Shown here in pieces: positions 40,401 to 53,800 of a stretch of 64,000 nt of DNA. Position 1 is the first letter of the stretch. Each line of letters begins with the position of its first letter. The notes under the pieces are model-generated. The model did no database searches, was not told where the DNA came from, and saw only the letters and a program-made list of their open reading frames with translations. The translations under genes were made by a program, and so were the position numbers. Source of the stretch: Squalus acanthias (taxonomy: Eukaryota). The DNA lies in assembly GCA_030390025.1 (NCBI GenBank), contig JASTWF010000036.1, forward strand, positions 3,040,001-3,104,000. The letters are read 5' to 3'.

Positions 40401-43400
40401 TTCTCCACAGTAGGATTGCCCGCTGGAGCTCCCTGCCAAGGCTCAAACGTAACTATTGGTCACGCGTGCCAGGCACTGGATGGCGACTGCCAGCTGCAGA
40501 ACCATCACCTCCTGTATGAACCGTACGCCAGGAAAGGAGTCAATGCTTTCAGGGGGTGGGGGGAAGAAAAATTCAAAATGGTTTGCATGCCAGCAGTAAA
40601 GGCCCACCATAAAACGCAGAGAGACACTCTGGATAAATACTTGAAGGGTAAAAATTTACAGGGCTAAGCTAGTTGAGCTGGTGGGGGGAGGGAAGGGGGA
40701 AAGAGAAAGGGAGTGGGCCTAATTGGAGAGCTCTTTCAAAGAGCCAGCACAGCTACGATGGGCTGAATGGCCTCCTTCTGTGCTGTATCATTCTATGATT
40801 CTAGGAGACTGAAAATCAATGCCACTGTTAACCAACTATGCGCAGAACGGTAAGGAAAAGGCATAACGATGCATTGTATACACCCAAAGCCAGTTTAACC
40901 TCTGCAGAGCACATTGCTGGCTCCAGGGTTGTCACCCATATTGAATCCCGCACACCCCCGTAGACAGAAGAATTCTTATTCGCCGTCTCCACATTCAAAT
41001 GATTGGGTTGCTACAGAATGGGGAAACCCTAAACCCACACTTCAGTCAAACATCATTTTTTTTATTGAAGGGCAGTACTAGTCCACGCACTGTAGGTGGT
41101 GTAGGCTCACCCATGACGTTGTGCCTCTTCCGGCTTCCGGTTATATCGAATAGCGTGATAAACTAGCGTGTGGTTAGGCTGAGGTTTTCCTCTGGGTTCA
41201 GCAATCACAGCCACTCAGTATCGGCTTGACAAACTTGAACTTTAATCGTTTTTTTTTGTGGTAAAACTGGGACACAGCCCATGACTCACCAGAAAAGAAA
41301 AATTCACTTTTAAGTCTGAAATCTAGTACAACTTAGAAGTGCAGACAGTGGAAAATTCTGCATTGCGTGACAGCTTTTGAGTCACAGCTATCTCCCTACT
41401 GCTGTAGAAAATATTCCTGAACTTTTCTTTTTTTTTTTAAAAAAAAAGCTTCTAATTGACTCATTGATGCAATAAAAAATGTTGCTTCGCCTTTTGAATA
41501 TTGGGTTTGTAGCCTATAAATTGCAGGCACGGTTAGTATTCCTTAACTTTTGGCAACACAAGCCTCCCCGAACCTTGTCCTCTGTCCCTTTCCACCCACC
41601 AACCCACTCCACCACTATACCATTAAGGAATATGGATGCAATCACCATCAGGGCCAGACATAGACACTACCTCTCCACTTCCTTGTAACATCACTTGTAT
41701 TCCTTCAAACCAGAGCCAGATCAGTTTCTGGCTGGGGCGGAGGTCACCTCGTACAAGATGTAGGTATCCCGCAACATAAAGCAGGGCCAATGTGATCTCC
41801 TGGAATAGTTTTGAACACCTAAGGGAGTCGGTGAAGAATGTTCCAGTCTTTTTTCCCTAATTGGCCTGGGTTTTTAACCTCTCCCAAGAGATCAGATGGT
41901 TTCGGGTGGGGTGGAGAGTGTATATATTGTGATACACAAGGCATCACAACTGTGTCGGACAGGCTGGATGGACCAGTAGGCCTTTTCCTGTCTGTCATTT
42001 TCGGTATGTTCCCAGGCCATACAGCCCAATGTTCCACTGAAGGAAAATGACACCCGGTCTTTCACTGAGGCCACCAGAGATCTGATGAACTCCCAATCAG
42101 TTTTTCTTTGTTTAGTTAAGCTTCCCCCCAACCACCCGCTCCCCATGGGAAACCTACTGCCCAACATCTGCAGCTTAAGAGACCACTGAAAAGAACAGGA
42201 GATGAGGTAAGTCAAAGAGGAATCAGATCATAACCTCTGCCTCTATTTTTTCCAGACGGCAGCTGTTTGATGATTCTGCTGTTGTCATTTACACCTCCTC
42301 TAGACCCATCTTTTGTGTCTTTACTTGTCCCATTACCATCTCCTTTTGCCTCGCACCATCATTCCTTTTGTCATTTAATCTCTTCCGCCTTCCACCCTAT
42401 CACAGACCTTCCCTTTTGTTCTTTCCTCCCCTCCCCCCTTTCTCTGCCTCTGTACTTGCTTAAAAACCTGTTACATCTCCAACTTTTTCCAGTTCTGATG
42501 AAAGGCCATCGACCTGAAACGTTAACTCTGTTTCTCTCGCCACAGATGCTGCCTGACCTGCTGAGTATTTCCAGCATTTTCTGTTTTTATTTCAGATTTC
42601 CAGCATCCGCAGTATTTTTCTTTTGGAGTAATAACAACTTGCATTTATATAGCGCCTTTAACCTTGTAAATCGTCCCTTGGAGCTTCACAAGTGTTAGAA
42701 AACAAAATTTGACACCAAGCCACATAAGGAGAAATTATGGGTTATGGAACACTTTCCATTTCAGGTATCGAGTGTCAGCATTGAGCACTTGTAGATCGAA
42801 TATAACATATGAAACTGCCTCTGTTCTGCCTCAATAATGTGATCCCAATCTCGGTAAAGGAACCCCTACTGCACCAATGTGACCTTTTCCTTACCCACAC
42901 CAGTGCTCCTCGCAGCCCTCTCTGAGTGAGATCAATACTTCAGTGCCTATGTAGGCCGGAGTTCACTGGGAACTAGATGGAGACTGTCCAATTCATTTCA
43001 AACAACACCAGGTTATAGTCCAACGGTTTTATTTGAAATCACAAGCTTTCGGAGCGCTGCTCCTTCGTCAGGTGACTTCACCTGACGAAGGAGCAGCGCT
43101 CCGAAAGCTTGTGATTTCAAATAAACCTGTTGGACTATAACCTGGTGTTGTGCGACTTCTCACATTTGTCCACCCCAGTCCAACACCGGCATCTCCACAT
43201 CATGGCAATTCATTTCAGACAGTGTCCCTACATCCACCAGTTAACCCCATCAAGCTGGGAGGGGTTTGAACCCATGCGCACAGAGGAAATGGCAGTGCGT
43301 TAATCCACTGCACTACTCGGGCCTCAATCAGTGCGTGAGAAGCTCTCTCCATGCAGAAGGAGGTATTTCAGAGGTGTGGTTTTGTGGTATGAAGGAATGA

Positions 43401-46400
43401 TTGTGTAAAAGATCAGAATCGCTAGATATTGAAACAGGCTACAAAACAGCAAGGAAGTGAGCAGCGACCGTATGCTGTGACAAGGCGTGGCATGATGCAG
43501 GCTTACGTAAACCCTCCGTTGTGAGTTCACCTCAACCGTAGCGAGGTCGTCAGGGGAAGAGCCAAGCACAGGCATCTCCACGGGGTGTATGGTGATCGGG
43601 GCGGGGGGGGGGGGGTGCAAGGAAGGGAAGCAAAAGAGACGTTGAACTAACCAGGGCTGCTCACACATGCCTAGCAACAGCCAGCTATGGAACATGATCC
43701 GTGAATTCATCAGAGCTGCTCACCTGCCTGCCCTGCTTTGCCTGGCAATAGGGGAGTGGCACGAGAAGACCAAGACCAACAAAAATGGCATAAGATGCCA
43801 AGGACGGCAAAAATAAAGTATTAACCAGTACATTCTGTGGGAAGGTACCCCACCATCAGTACGACTCGCCCACATATAAATCTACTCCAGTTGCACACCC
43901 CTCCCTACTATAAGGCTCACAGGTTACAATACTGTCCCTGTTACACATACTTCTTCATTATAAGGCTCTCAGTTAATAAGAACACAAGAAGTAGGAGCAG
44001 GACCAGGCCACTCGGCCCCTGGGCCCGCTCCGCCACCCACAGGGCCTTGACCGATCCGAACTCACTCATGTCCAATTTCCATCCCGCTCCCCGTAACCCC
44101 TAATTCCCTTTACTTCTAGGAAACGGTCTATTTCTGTTTTAAATTTATTTAATGAAGTAGCTTCCACAGCTTCCTGGGGTAGCAAATTCCACAGACCCAC
44201 TACCCTGAGTGAAAAAGTTTCTCCTCATCTCAGTTTTGAAAGAGCAGCCCCTTATTCTAAGTTTATGTCCCCTAGTTCTAGTTTCACCCATCATTGGGAA
44301 CATCCTCACCGCGTCCACCCGATCAAGCCCCTTCACAATCTTATATGTTTCAATCAGATCGCCTCTCATTCTTCTGAACTCCAATGAGTAGAGTCCCAAT
44401 CTACTCAACCTCTCCTCGTATATCCACCCCCTCATCCCCGGAATTAACCGAGTGAACCTTCTTTGTAATGCCTCGAGAGCAAGTATGTCTTTTCTTAAGT
44501 ATGGACACCAAAACTGTATGCAGTACTCCAGGTGCGGTCTCACCAATACCCTATACAACTGCAGCAATACCTCCCTGTTTTTATATTCTATCCCCCTAGC
44601 AATAAAAGCCAACATTCCATTGGCTTTCTTGATCACCTGCTGCACCTGCATACTAACTTTTTGATTTTCTTGCACCAAGACCCCCAGATCCCTTTGTACT
44701 GCAGTACTTTCCAGTTTCTCGCCATTAAGATAATAACTTGCTCTCTGATTTTTCCTGCCAAAGTGCATAACCTCACATTTTCCAATATTGTATTGCATCT
44801 GCCAAATCTCTGCCCACTCACCCAGCCTGTCTATATCCCCTTGTAGGTTTTTTACGTTCTCCTCACTCTCTACTTTCCCTCCCATCTTTGCATCATCTGC
44901 AAACTTTGATATGTTACACTCGGTCCCCTTCTCCAAATCGTTAATATAGATTGTAAAGAGTTGGGGACCCAGCACCGACCCCTGCGGAACACCACTGGCT
45001 ACTGGTTGCCAGTCTGAGAATGAACCATTTATCCCAACTCTCTGCTTCCTGTTAGATAACCAATCCTCCACCCATGCCAGAATATTACCCCCAATCCAGT
45101 GATTTTTATCTTGATCAATAATCTTTTATGTGGCACCTTGTCGAATGCCTTCTGGAAGTCTAAATACACTACATCCACTGGTTCCCCTTTATCCACCCTG
45201 TACGTTATGTCCTCAAAGAACTCGAGCAAATTTGTCAGACATGACTTCCCCTTCATAAAGCCATGCTGACTTTGTCCTATTAAATTATGTTTATCTAAAT
45301 GTTCCGTTACTGTCTCCTTAATAATAGACTCCAAAATTTTACCCACCACAGATGTTAGGCTAACTGGTCTATAATTTCCAGCCTTCTGCCTACAACCCTT
45401 TTTAAATAAGGGTGTTACATTAGCAGTTTTCCAATCTGCCAGGACCTTTGCTGAGTTCAGGGAGTTTTGGAAAATTATTACCAAAGCATCCACAATTCCT
45501 ACTGCCACTTCCCTCAAGACCCTAGGATGTAAGCCATCAGGTCCAGGGGATTTATCCGCCTTGAGTCCCATTATTTTACTGAGTACCAATTCCTTAGTGA
45601 TTTTAATCGTATTTAGCTCCTCCCCCACTAGAGCCCCCTGTTTGTCCAGTGTTGGGATATTCTTAGTGTCCTCTACCGTAAAGACGGAAACAAAATATTT
45701 GATCAGCATTTTTGCCATCTCCATGTTTCCCACCATTAATTTCCCGGTCTCATCCTCTAAGGGACCTACGCTTGCCTTAACCACCCTTTTTCTTTTTATA
45801 TAACTATAGAAACTCTTGCTATCTGTTTTTATATTTTTTGCTAATTTATTTTCATAGTCTATCTTCCCTTTCTTAATCAATCCTTTAGTTATTTTTTGTT
45901 GTCTTTTGAAGACTTCCCAATCTTCTATCCTCCCACTAACTTTGGCTACCTTATATGTCCTTGTTTTTAGTTGGATACTTTCTTTAATTTCTTTACTTAG
46001 CCATGGATGGCTGTCATTTCTTTTACACCCTTTTTTCCCCTCAGTGGAATATATTTATTTTGAAAGTTGTAAAATAACTCCTTGACTGAACACCACTGCT
46101 CATGTACCGTCTTACCCTTTAATCTATTTTCCCAGTCCACTTTAATCAATTCTGCTCTCATACCATCATAGTCTCCTTTATTCAAGCTCAGTACGCTTGT
46201 TTGAGAACCAACCTTCTCACCCTCTAATTGGATATGGAATTCAACCATGTTATGGTCACTCATTCCAAGGGGATCCTTAACTAGGACATTATTAATTAAT
46301 CCTGACTCATTACACAGGACCAGGTTCAAGGTTGCTTGCCCCCTTGTAGGATCAGTTACATACTGCTCAAGAAATCCATCCCTAAGACACTCAATAAACT

Positions 46401-49400
46401 CTTCCTCAAGGCTGCCCTGCCCAATTTGATTTGTCCAGTTAATATGATAGTTAAAATCCCCCATAATTATAGCTGTTCCCTTATTACATGCCCCAACTAT
46501 TTCCTGATTAATACTTCTTCCAACAGAGTTGCAACTATTAGGAGGCCTATATACTACGCCCACCAGTGTTTTTTTCCCCTTATTATTCCTTATCTCTACC
46601 CAAACTGTTTCATTATCCTGATCTTTTGACCCAATATCATTTCTCTGTATTACAGTGATTCCTTCCTTTATTAACATAGCCACCCCACCTCCCCGCCTGT
46701 CCTTCCTGATTGTTAAATACCCTGGCATATTTAATTCCCAGACGTTGTCATCCTGCAGCCATGTTTCTGTAATGGCCACAAGATCATACCCATACATAGT
46801 TATTTGTGCCGTTAACTCGTCCATTTTGTTACGAATGCTACGTGCATTCAGATAAAGAACTTTCAAATGTGTTTTGTGACACTTACTTCCTGCTTTTTCC
46901 TTATTTAACACTTTACCTTTTACTCCATACCTTCTGTCCCTTCCTGACATGCTTTCCTCTGTCTCCCTGCTCAGGTTCCCAACCCCCTGCCACATTAGTT
47001 ACAGTATCTCTGCTTCCAAGTATTAGTCAGAAGGTTGCAGGGTTTGTGTCACACTCCAAAACTTAACATATAACCCAGTGACACTCCAGTGCAGTACTGA
47101 GGGAGTGCTGCATTGTCGGAGAATGAGATGTTAAACAGAGGCCCCATCTGCCTGTTCAGGTGGACATAAAAGATCTCGTAGTACTGTTTAAAAATAGAGC
47201 AGGGGAGTTCTCCCTGGTGTCCCGACCAACATTCACCCCTCAACCAAGACCGCTAAAACAGATTAACCGCTCATTCATCTCTTTGCGGTTTGTGAGATCT
47301 TGCCGTGTGCACCGACTTACTGCCACATTTTGTTTACAACTGTGACTGCCTTCAAAAGTAATTCATTCCATGCTAAGTGCTTTGGGACATCCCGAGGTCA
47401 TAAAAAGGCACTATTAGCAGGTTATGGGCACAGCGCTAGTCAATACATTGGTTACATTAACTATACTGGGAGACAATTTACTCAGCAAGTTAAGAGGCAC
47501 TTAGGATTTCAGGCGGCTGGCAGTGGGTTTCAGACAGCCTGGTCAGTCGAGCCGTTCCAAAAACATTTTAAACTGCGATAAAGAAGCTTAAGTGATGTAA
47601 TTTCAGCACAACCATATTAATATGAGTCCCTTGCAATTCACTATCAGATAATTATTCGTACTACAGTCATTAGTCTCAAATAATTACATTTGATTAGATA
47701 ACCACCGCACAATTGGCAGCTGCCCACCGGGAACTGACCCTGGGAACAGGAGCAGACCATCACTGACCCTGGGAACAGGAGCGGACCGTCACTGACCCTG
47801 GGAACAGGAGCGGACCATCACTGACCCTGGGAACAGGAGCAGACCGTCAGTGACCCTGGGAACAGGAGCGGACCATCACTGACCCTGGGAACAGGAGCGG
47901 ACCGTCACTGACCCTGGGAACAGGAGCAGACCGTCACTGACCCTGGGAACAGGAGCGGACCATCACTGACCCTGGGAACAGGAGCGGACCGTCACTGACC
48001 CTGGGAACAGGAGCAGACCGTCACTGACCCTGGGAACAGGAGCAGACCGTCACTGACCCTGGGAACAGGAGCAGACCGTCACTGACCCTGGGAACAGGAG
48101 CGGACCATCACTGACCCTGGGAACAGGAGCGGACCGTCACTGACCCTGGGAACAGGAGCAGACCGTCACTGACCCTGGGAACAGGAGCGGACCGTCAGTG
48201 ACCCTGGGAACAGGAGCGGACCGTCACTGACCCTGGGAACAGGAGCAGACCGTCACTGACCCTGGGAACAGGAGCGGACCGTCAGTGACCCTGGGAACAG
48301 GAGCGGACCGTCACTGACCCTGGGAACAGGAGCAGACCGTCACTGACCCTGGGAACAGGAGCGGACCGTCACTGACCCTGGGAACAGGAGCGGACCATCA
48401 GTGACCCTGGGAACAGGAGCGGACCGTCAGTGACCCTGGGAACAGGAGCAGACCGTCAGTGACCCTGGGAACAGGAGCGGGCCATCGCTGACCCTGGGAA
48501 CAGGAGCGGGCCATCGCTGCCTCCTGCTGCTAGATTCTTCTGGCAGTGCTCAGCCCGCCTCCTGCACAGGGCAGCAATGCGGTTGTCCAAATGCTCAGCC
48601 AGCGAAGGCCCAGGCGGTGAGAAGATACGTAGCATAGTTTTCTTCAAGCTGGACATGCTGGACTTCTGCAGTGTTAAATGTGCAGGGGATGAAATCAACA
48701 GGACCAGAAATGATGGTCATTATCAAAGTGATTTGGTAATATTTGGCAAGTTTAGGGAGGGTGAATGAGAGCCAATAAAGGTGACGGCTCGGCTTTAAGT
48801 TGCAGGTCAAAAAGAGTCATTTAAGAAAGAATGACATCCCTCCCATTTTGTAAGGTGTTTTCCCTCCTCTAAGTTTCCCTTCAGCCCATCTACAGCCCCA
48901 CTGCAATCTGCACCCAGCTCTCCATCAAAGGCACACCTGAACCAGCCACCAGGACTACGAGTTGAGTCGCTCTCCAATTTCCCCTGCCTCTTGGTGAGCC
49001 GCCAGACCTCCACCATCCTCCTCCTCGACAGCACTACTGAGATAGGGAACTCGTCACGCGGGCCAGCCATGGACATGAACGCCTGTCCCAGGAGGTCACC
49101 GCGCACAGAAGGGCTAGAAAGCAGCTTCAAACACCCAGAGTTGGAAATTCTTGAGAAAAGGATTGCTTCCAAATTTGAGAATCTTGATGCAAACGAACAA
49201 AAGAAACTGAAATCACGGAGCTGGCCGAAATATTCAACCGTACCACAGGCTTTGATTCGGCCGTTCCCATGGTTTGGATGCAAGTTCAAAATCGACAGTC
49301 TGGGATCAGTTCTGGTCAAAGGGAGACAAAAATACAAAGCAAGGCTAATCCCCAAGTATCTTCCCTACATTGATGTCACAAAGCATCTGCATAAATTTGT

Positions 49401-50827
49401 GGTGCAACCACAAAAGATTAAGAATTTTTGACAAATGTTTGGTGCAGATCCTTGTTCTAATGTTTGGTGCGTTTTTTGCAACAGTGACGGATACTCAGGC
49501 TGACGTATGCCAAGCTTGTGACAGTTTCCAGGATGTTGTGGCGAGATATCTGCCAAGGCAGCTGGCCTTAGCTCCGAGCAGTTTATGTCTTTGCAGCTAG
49601 CCAGGCCTACAGAAGCTTTGTCTGAGGAAGTCCATTAACCCTTCCTTTGAAGGAGGCCTACACAGGGCAGGCTGCCCGTCAAAGTGGGGGCTGCCCATAC
49701 TCAAAACTGGCACGCACATTCTGAATACTGGGAAGAACTTTGAACTCTCTTCCTAATAGTTTCATTACTCACACTTCGATCTTTCCTTGTGTGCAATTGG
49801 ACTTTTCTTCAAAACTTTTTGTTCGAGTGCTACCGACATTATTAAGGGAACTTGCTTGGAGAAGGAAAAAGTGATCAATAATACAGTAAGATCACCGAAA
49901 TGAGTCAGTCAGTCAGTGATGCACAGAACTGCTTAGAAGGAATTGCATGTGGTCCTCATGGGACTTCACTCATCAGGAATCATCTGTCATTGGGTAATTT
50001 GGACAGCTGTTAATACCTTCATCCCACGGGTGCCATGTCACAGGCTGATCAATTTTATCTTTGGTTAAGCAAGCAGCCTTCTGTTGAATACGTGAACAAA
50101 TCACTTGGCACCGGTGATGGGTCCCTGTTGGCACTGTAAAATCAAATTGATATCCCCGGTCACTTTAATGGGATACAAAAAGTCAAGGAGCGAGAAGTGA
50201 CTGAACTCAATTGTGTTTGCATACCAGGGGGTCGAGTTTCCACCAGGAGTATCAGCGCAATCCGGGCGGAATCGGCCAAACCAGCGCAAAAGATTGGCGA
50301 ATTTTAAACGGGAGTTACACCCAAAACCACGTGCATTCATTTTTTCCGCGACCTTTTATGCTGATTCAAGATTTAATTCGCCCGAATCAGGTCTCGCCAA
50401 CAGGTCGAGATTTTGAGATTCCACCGATTACGCTGGTTCGGGAAGACTCTTCAAATTGCTCGTATTACAAAGTTACAAAGGGGGAAAAATTCAGTTGGTT
50501 GCGCCTCCCGTTAGCGCCTTAAGAGGGCGCAAAGCAACTGGTGCCCGGGCGCGGCGATGTTTGCGCCACTCACGGAATTAACTAGACATTTTGCGGCGGC
50601 GCTAAACACTACCGCCACGATCTCCTGCGCCGGCAGATCGTGACGTCAGTCAAGTGCACAACGCCCCGGAGCGGATATTGAGTGGCGCCCCCTGCCTTAC
50701 CACCTGCCGCTAGCAACGACAGGTTGAGGGGAGCGTTTTGCAGTCAGGAAGGGACTGGGGGAGCGCTATTTAAAGGCGACCGCTTCCTGCCTTTTATTGT
50801 TGGTGACATTTTTGAACCATGCATTCT

Positions 50828-50858
<31 letters not shown>

Positions 50859-53800
50859 CTGGAGAGATTCAACGCTACGTGAAGGAGTTTTGGGTGCTGA
50901 GCAGCACTTTGCAGGTTCATTTTGATTTGCCCTTCCTTGTATCGATTTAGAAGAGACTGTGGGGGCTGCACTCTGAGCTCTTTCCCTGGGCCTCTCCATT
51001 GTTCTTTCCAGCAGATTTGATGTGCAGGTCTCTCCATGCCGAGATTCAAGGCTGCAATGAGCAGGATGTGGATGGAGAGCAAGATCAACCCTCCCCTTTA
51101 AGAACATAAGAACATAAGAAATAGGAGCAGGAGTAGGTCAATCGGCCCCTCGAGCCTGCTCCGCCATTCAATAAGATCATGGCTGATCTGATCCTAACCG
51201 CCAATCTACTATCTATCACAGAACCATCTCCTGCATCTAACAGAATTGCACACACGAAATAGGAGCAGAATCAGGCTACACAGTCCCTGGGCCCGCTCCA
51301 CTACCCACAGGGCCATGACCGATCCGAACCTAGACTCATGTCCAAATTCCTGCCCGCTCCCCGTAACCCTTAATGCCCTTTACTTCTAGGAAACTGTCTA
51401 TTTCTGTTTTAAATTTAATTAATGTTGTAGCTTCTACAGCTTTTTGTGGCAGCATATTCCATGGACCTACCACCCTCTGAGTGAAGTAGTTCCTCCTCAT
51501 CTCAGTTTTGAAAGAGCAGCCCCTTATTCTAAGACTATGTCCCCTAGTTCTCGTCTCACCCGTCATCGGGAACATCCTCCCCGCATCCACCCGATCCAAC
51601 CCCTTCACAATCTTATATGTTTCAATAAGATCGCCTCTCATTCTTCTGAACTCCAATGAGTAGAGTCCCAATCTACACAACCTCTCCTCATATGACCACC
51701 CCCTCATCCCCGGGATTAACCGAGTGAACCTTTTTTGCACTGCCTCGAGAGCAAGGATGTCTTTCCTTAAGTAAGGACACCAAAACTGTATGCAGTATTC
51801 CAGGTGCGGTCTCACCAATACCTTGTACAACTGAAGCAATACCTCCCTATTTTTATATTCTATCCCCCTAGCAATGAAAGCCAACATTCCATTTGCCTTC
51901 TTAATCACTTGCTGCACCTGCATACTAACCTTTTGAGTTTCGTGCACCAGGACCCCCAGATCCCTTTGCACTTCAGTACTCTCCAGTTTCTTGCCATTAA
52001 GATAATAAATTGCTCTAGGATTTTTCCTGCCAAAGTGCATCACCTCACACTTTCCAGTGTTGTATTCCATCTGCCAAATCTCTGCCCACTTACTTAGCCT
52101 GTCTATGTCCCCTTGCAGGTTTTTTATGTCCTCCTCACTCACTACTTTCCCTCCCATCTTTGTATCATCTGCAAATTTTGATATGTTACACTTGGTCCCT
52201 TCCTCCAAATCGTTAATATAGATTGTGAAGAGTTGGGGACCCAGCACTGACCCCTGTGGAACACCACTAGTTACTGATTGCCAGTCTGAGAATGAACCAT
52301 TTATCCCAACTCTTTGCTTTCTGTTAGATAGCCAATCCTCTATCCATGCCAGAATATTACCCCCAATCCCGTGATTTTTTACCTTAAGCAATAATCTTTT
52401 GTGTGGCACCTTGTCAAATGCCTTTTGGAAGTCTAAATACACTACGTCCACTGGTTCCCCTTTATCCACTCTATATGTTACTTCCTCAAAGAACTCCAGC
52501 AAATTTGTCAAACATGACTTCCCCTTCGTAAAACCATGCTGACTTTGTCCTATTAAATTATGATTATCCAAATGTCCTGTTACTGTTTCCTTAATAATGG
52601 ACTCCAAAATTTTACCTACCACAGATGTTAGGCTAACCGGTCTATAGTTACCAGCCTTCTGTCTACTGCCCTTTTTAAATAAGGGTGTTACATTAGCAGT
52701 TTTCCAGTCTGCCGGGACCTTAGCGGAATCCAGGGAGTTTTGAAAAATTATTACCAATGCATCTACAATCCCTACCGCCACTTCCTTCAAGACTCTAGGA
52801 TGTAAGCCATCAGGTCCAGGTGATTTATCCGCCTTGAGTCCCATTAAGAACTGGCCGGCGCCATTGTGTGTGTGTTCCATTGCTGACTGACATCACATGA
52901 GCTTCGCCAGCGCTCTGAGGTAGCGCCTCGCTCCTCGGCCTTTGCGCCTTAAGACAGGTGTGAAGCGCCTGATTTAGCGCTCCAATCACCTCCAGGGGCG
53001 ATAAAAGTCAAGTTTGCAGTCGGAGGTGATAAATAGCGCCAGGCGCAAATCTTTGCGCCCGGCCGATAATGGCGCCCCAAATGGGGCGATACTGAATTTC
53101 TCCCCCAAAGTATTTACAGCACAGAAACAGGCCATTTGGCCCAACAGGTCCATGCTCCACACGAACCTCCTCCCACCCCTCTTCATCTCACTCTTTCAAC
53201 ATACCCCTCTATTCCCTTCTCCCTCATGTGCTTTTCTAGCCTCCCCTTAAATGCATCCATACTATTTGCTTCAACCACTCCCTGTGGTAGCGAGTTCCAC
53301 ATTCTCACCACTCTCTGGGTAAAGAAGTTTCTCCTGAATTCCCTATTAGATTTATTAGTGACTATCTTATATTGATGGTCTCTAGTTCTGGTCTTGCCCA
53401 CAGGTGGAAACACCTACTCTACACCTACCCTATCAAACCCCTTCATAATCTTGATGACCTCTGTCAGGTCACCCCTCAGTCTTCTCTTTTCTAAAGAAAA
53501 GAGCCCCAGCCTGTTCAATCTTTCCTGATAGGTAGAATCTCTCAGTTCTGGTATCATTCTAGTAAATCTTTTTTGCACCCTCTCCAGTGCCTCTGCATCC
53601 TTTTTATAATATGGAGACCACAACTGTGCACAGTACTACAAGTGTGGTCGAACCAAGGTTCGATACAAGTTTATCACTTCTCTGCTTTTCAATTCTATCC
53701 CTCTAGAAATTAACCCCAGTGCTCTGTTTGCTTTTTTTTTTTATGGCCTTGTTAACCTGCGTCAGTGTAGTGTATCTGTACCCCAAGATCCCTCTGTGTC

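Noticed and set aside
47733..48519. 29-bp repeats as a CRISPR array
   Set aside because: Units are head-to-tail with no unique spacers, there are no cas genes, and the DNA is eukaryotic.
48991..49431. 146-aa plus-strand ORF as a nested gene
   Set aside because: No recognisable domain, a non-ATG start and no splice support.
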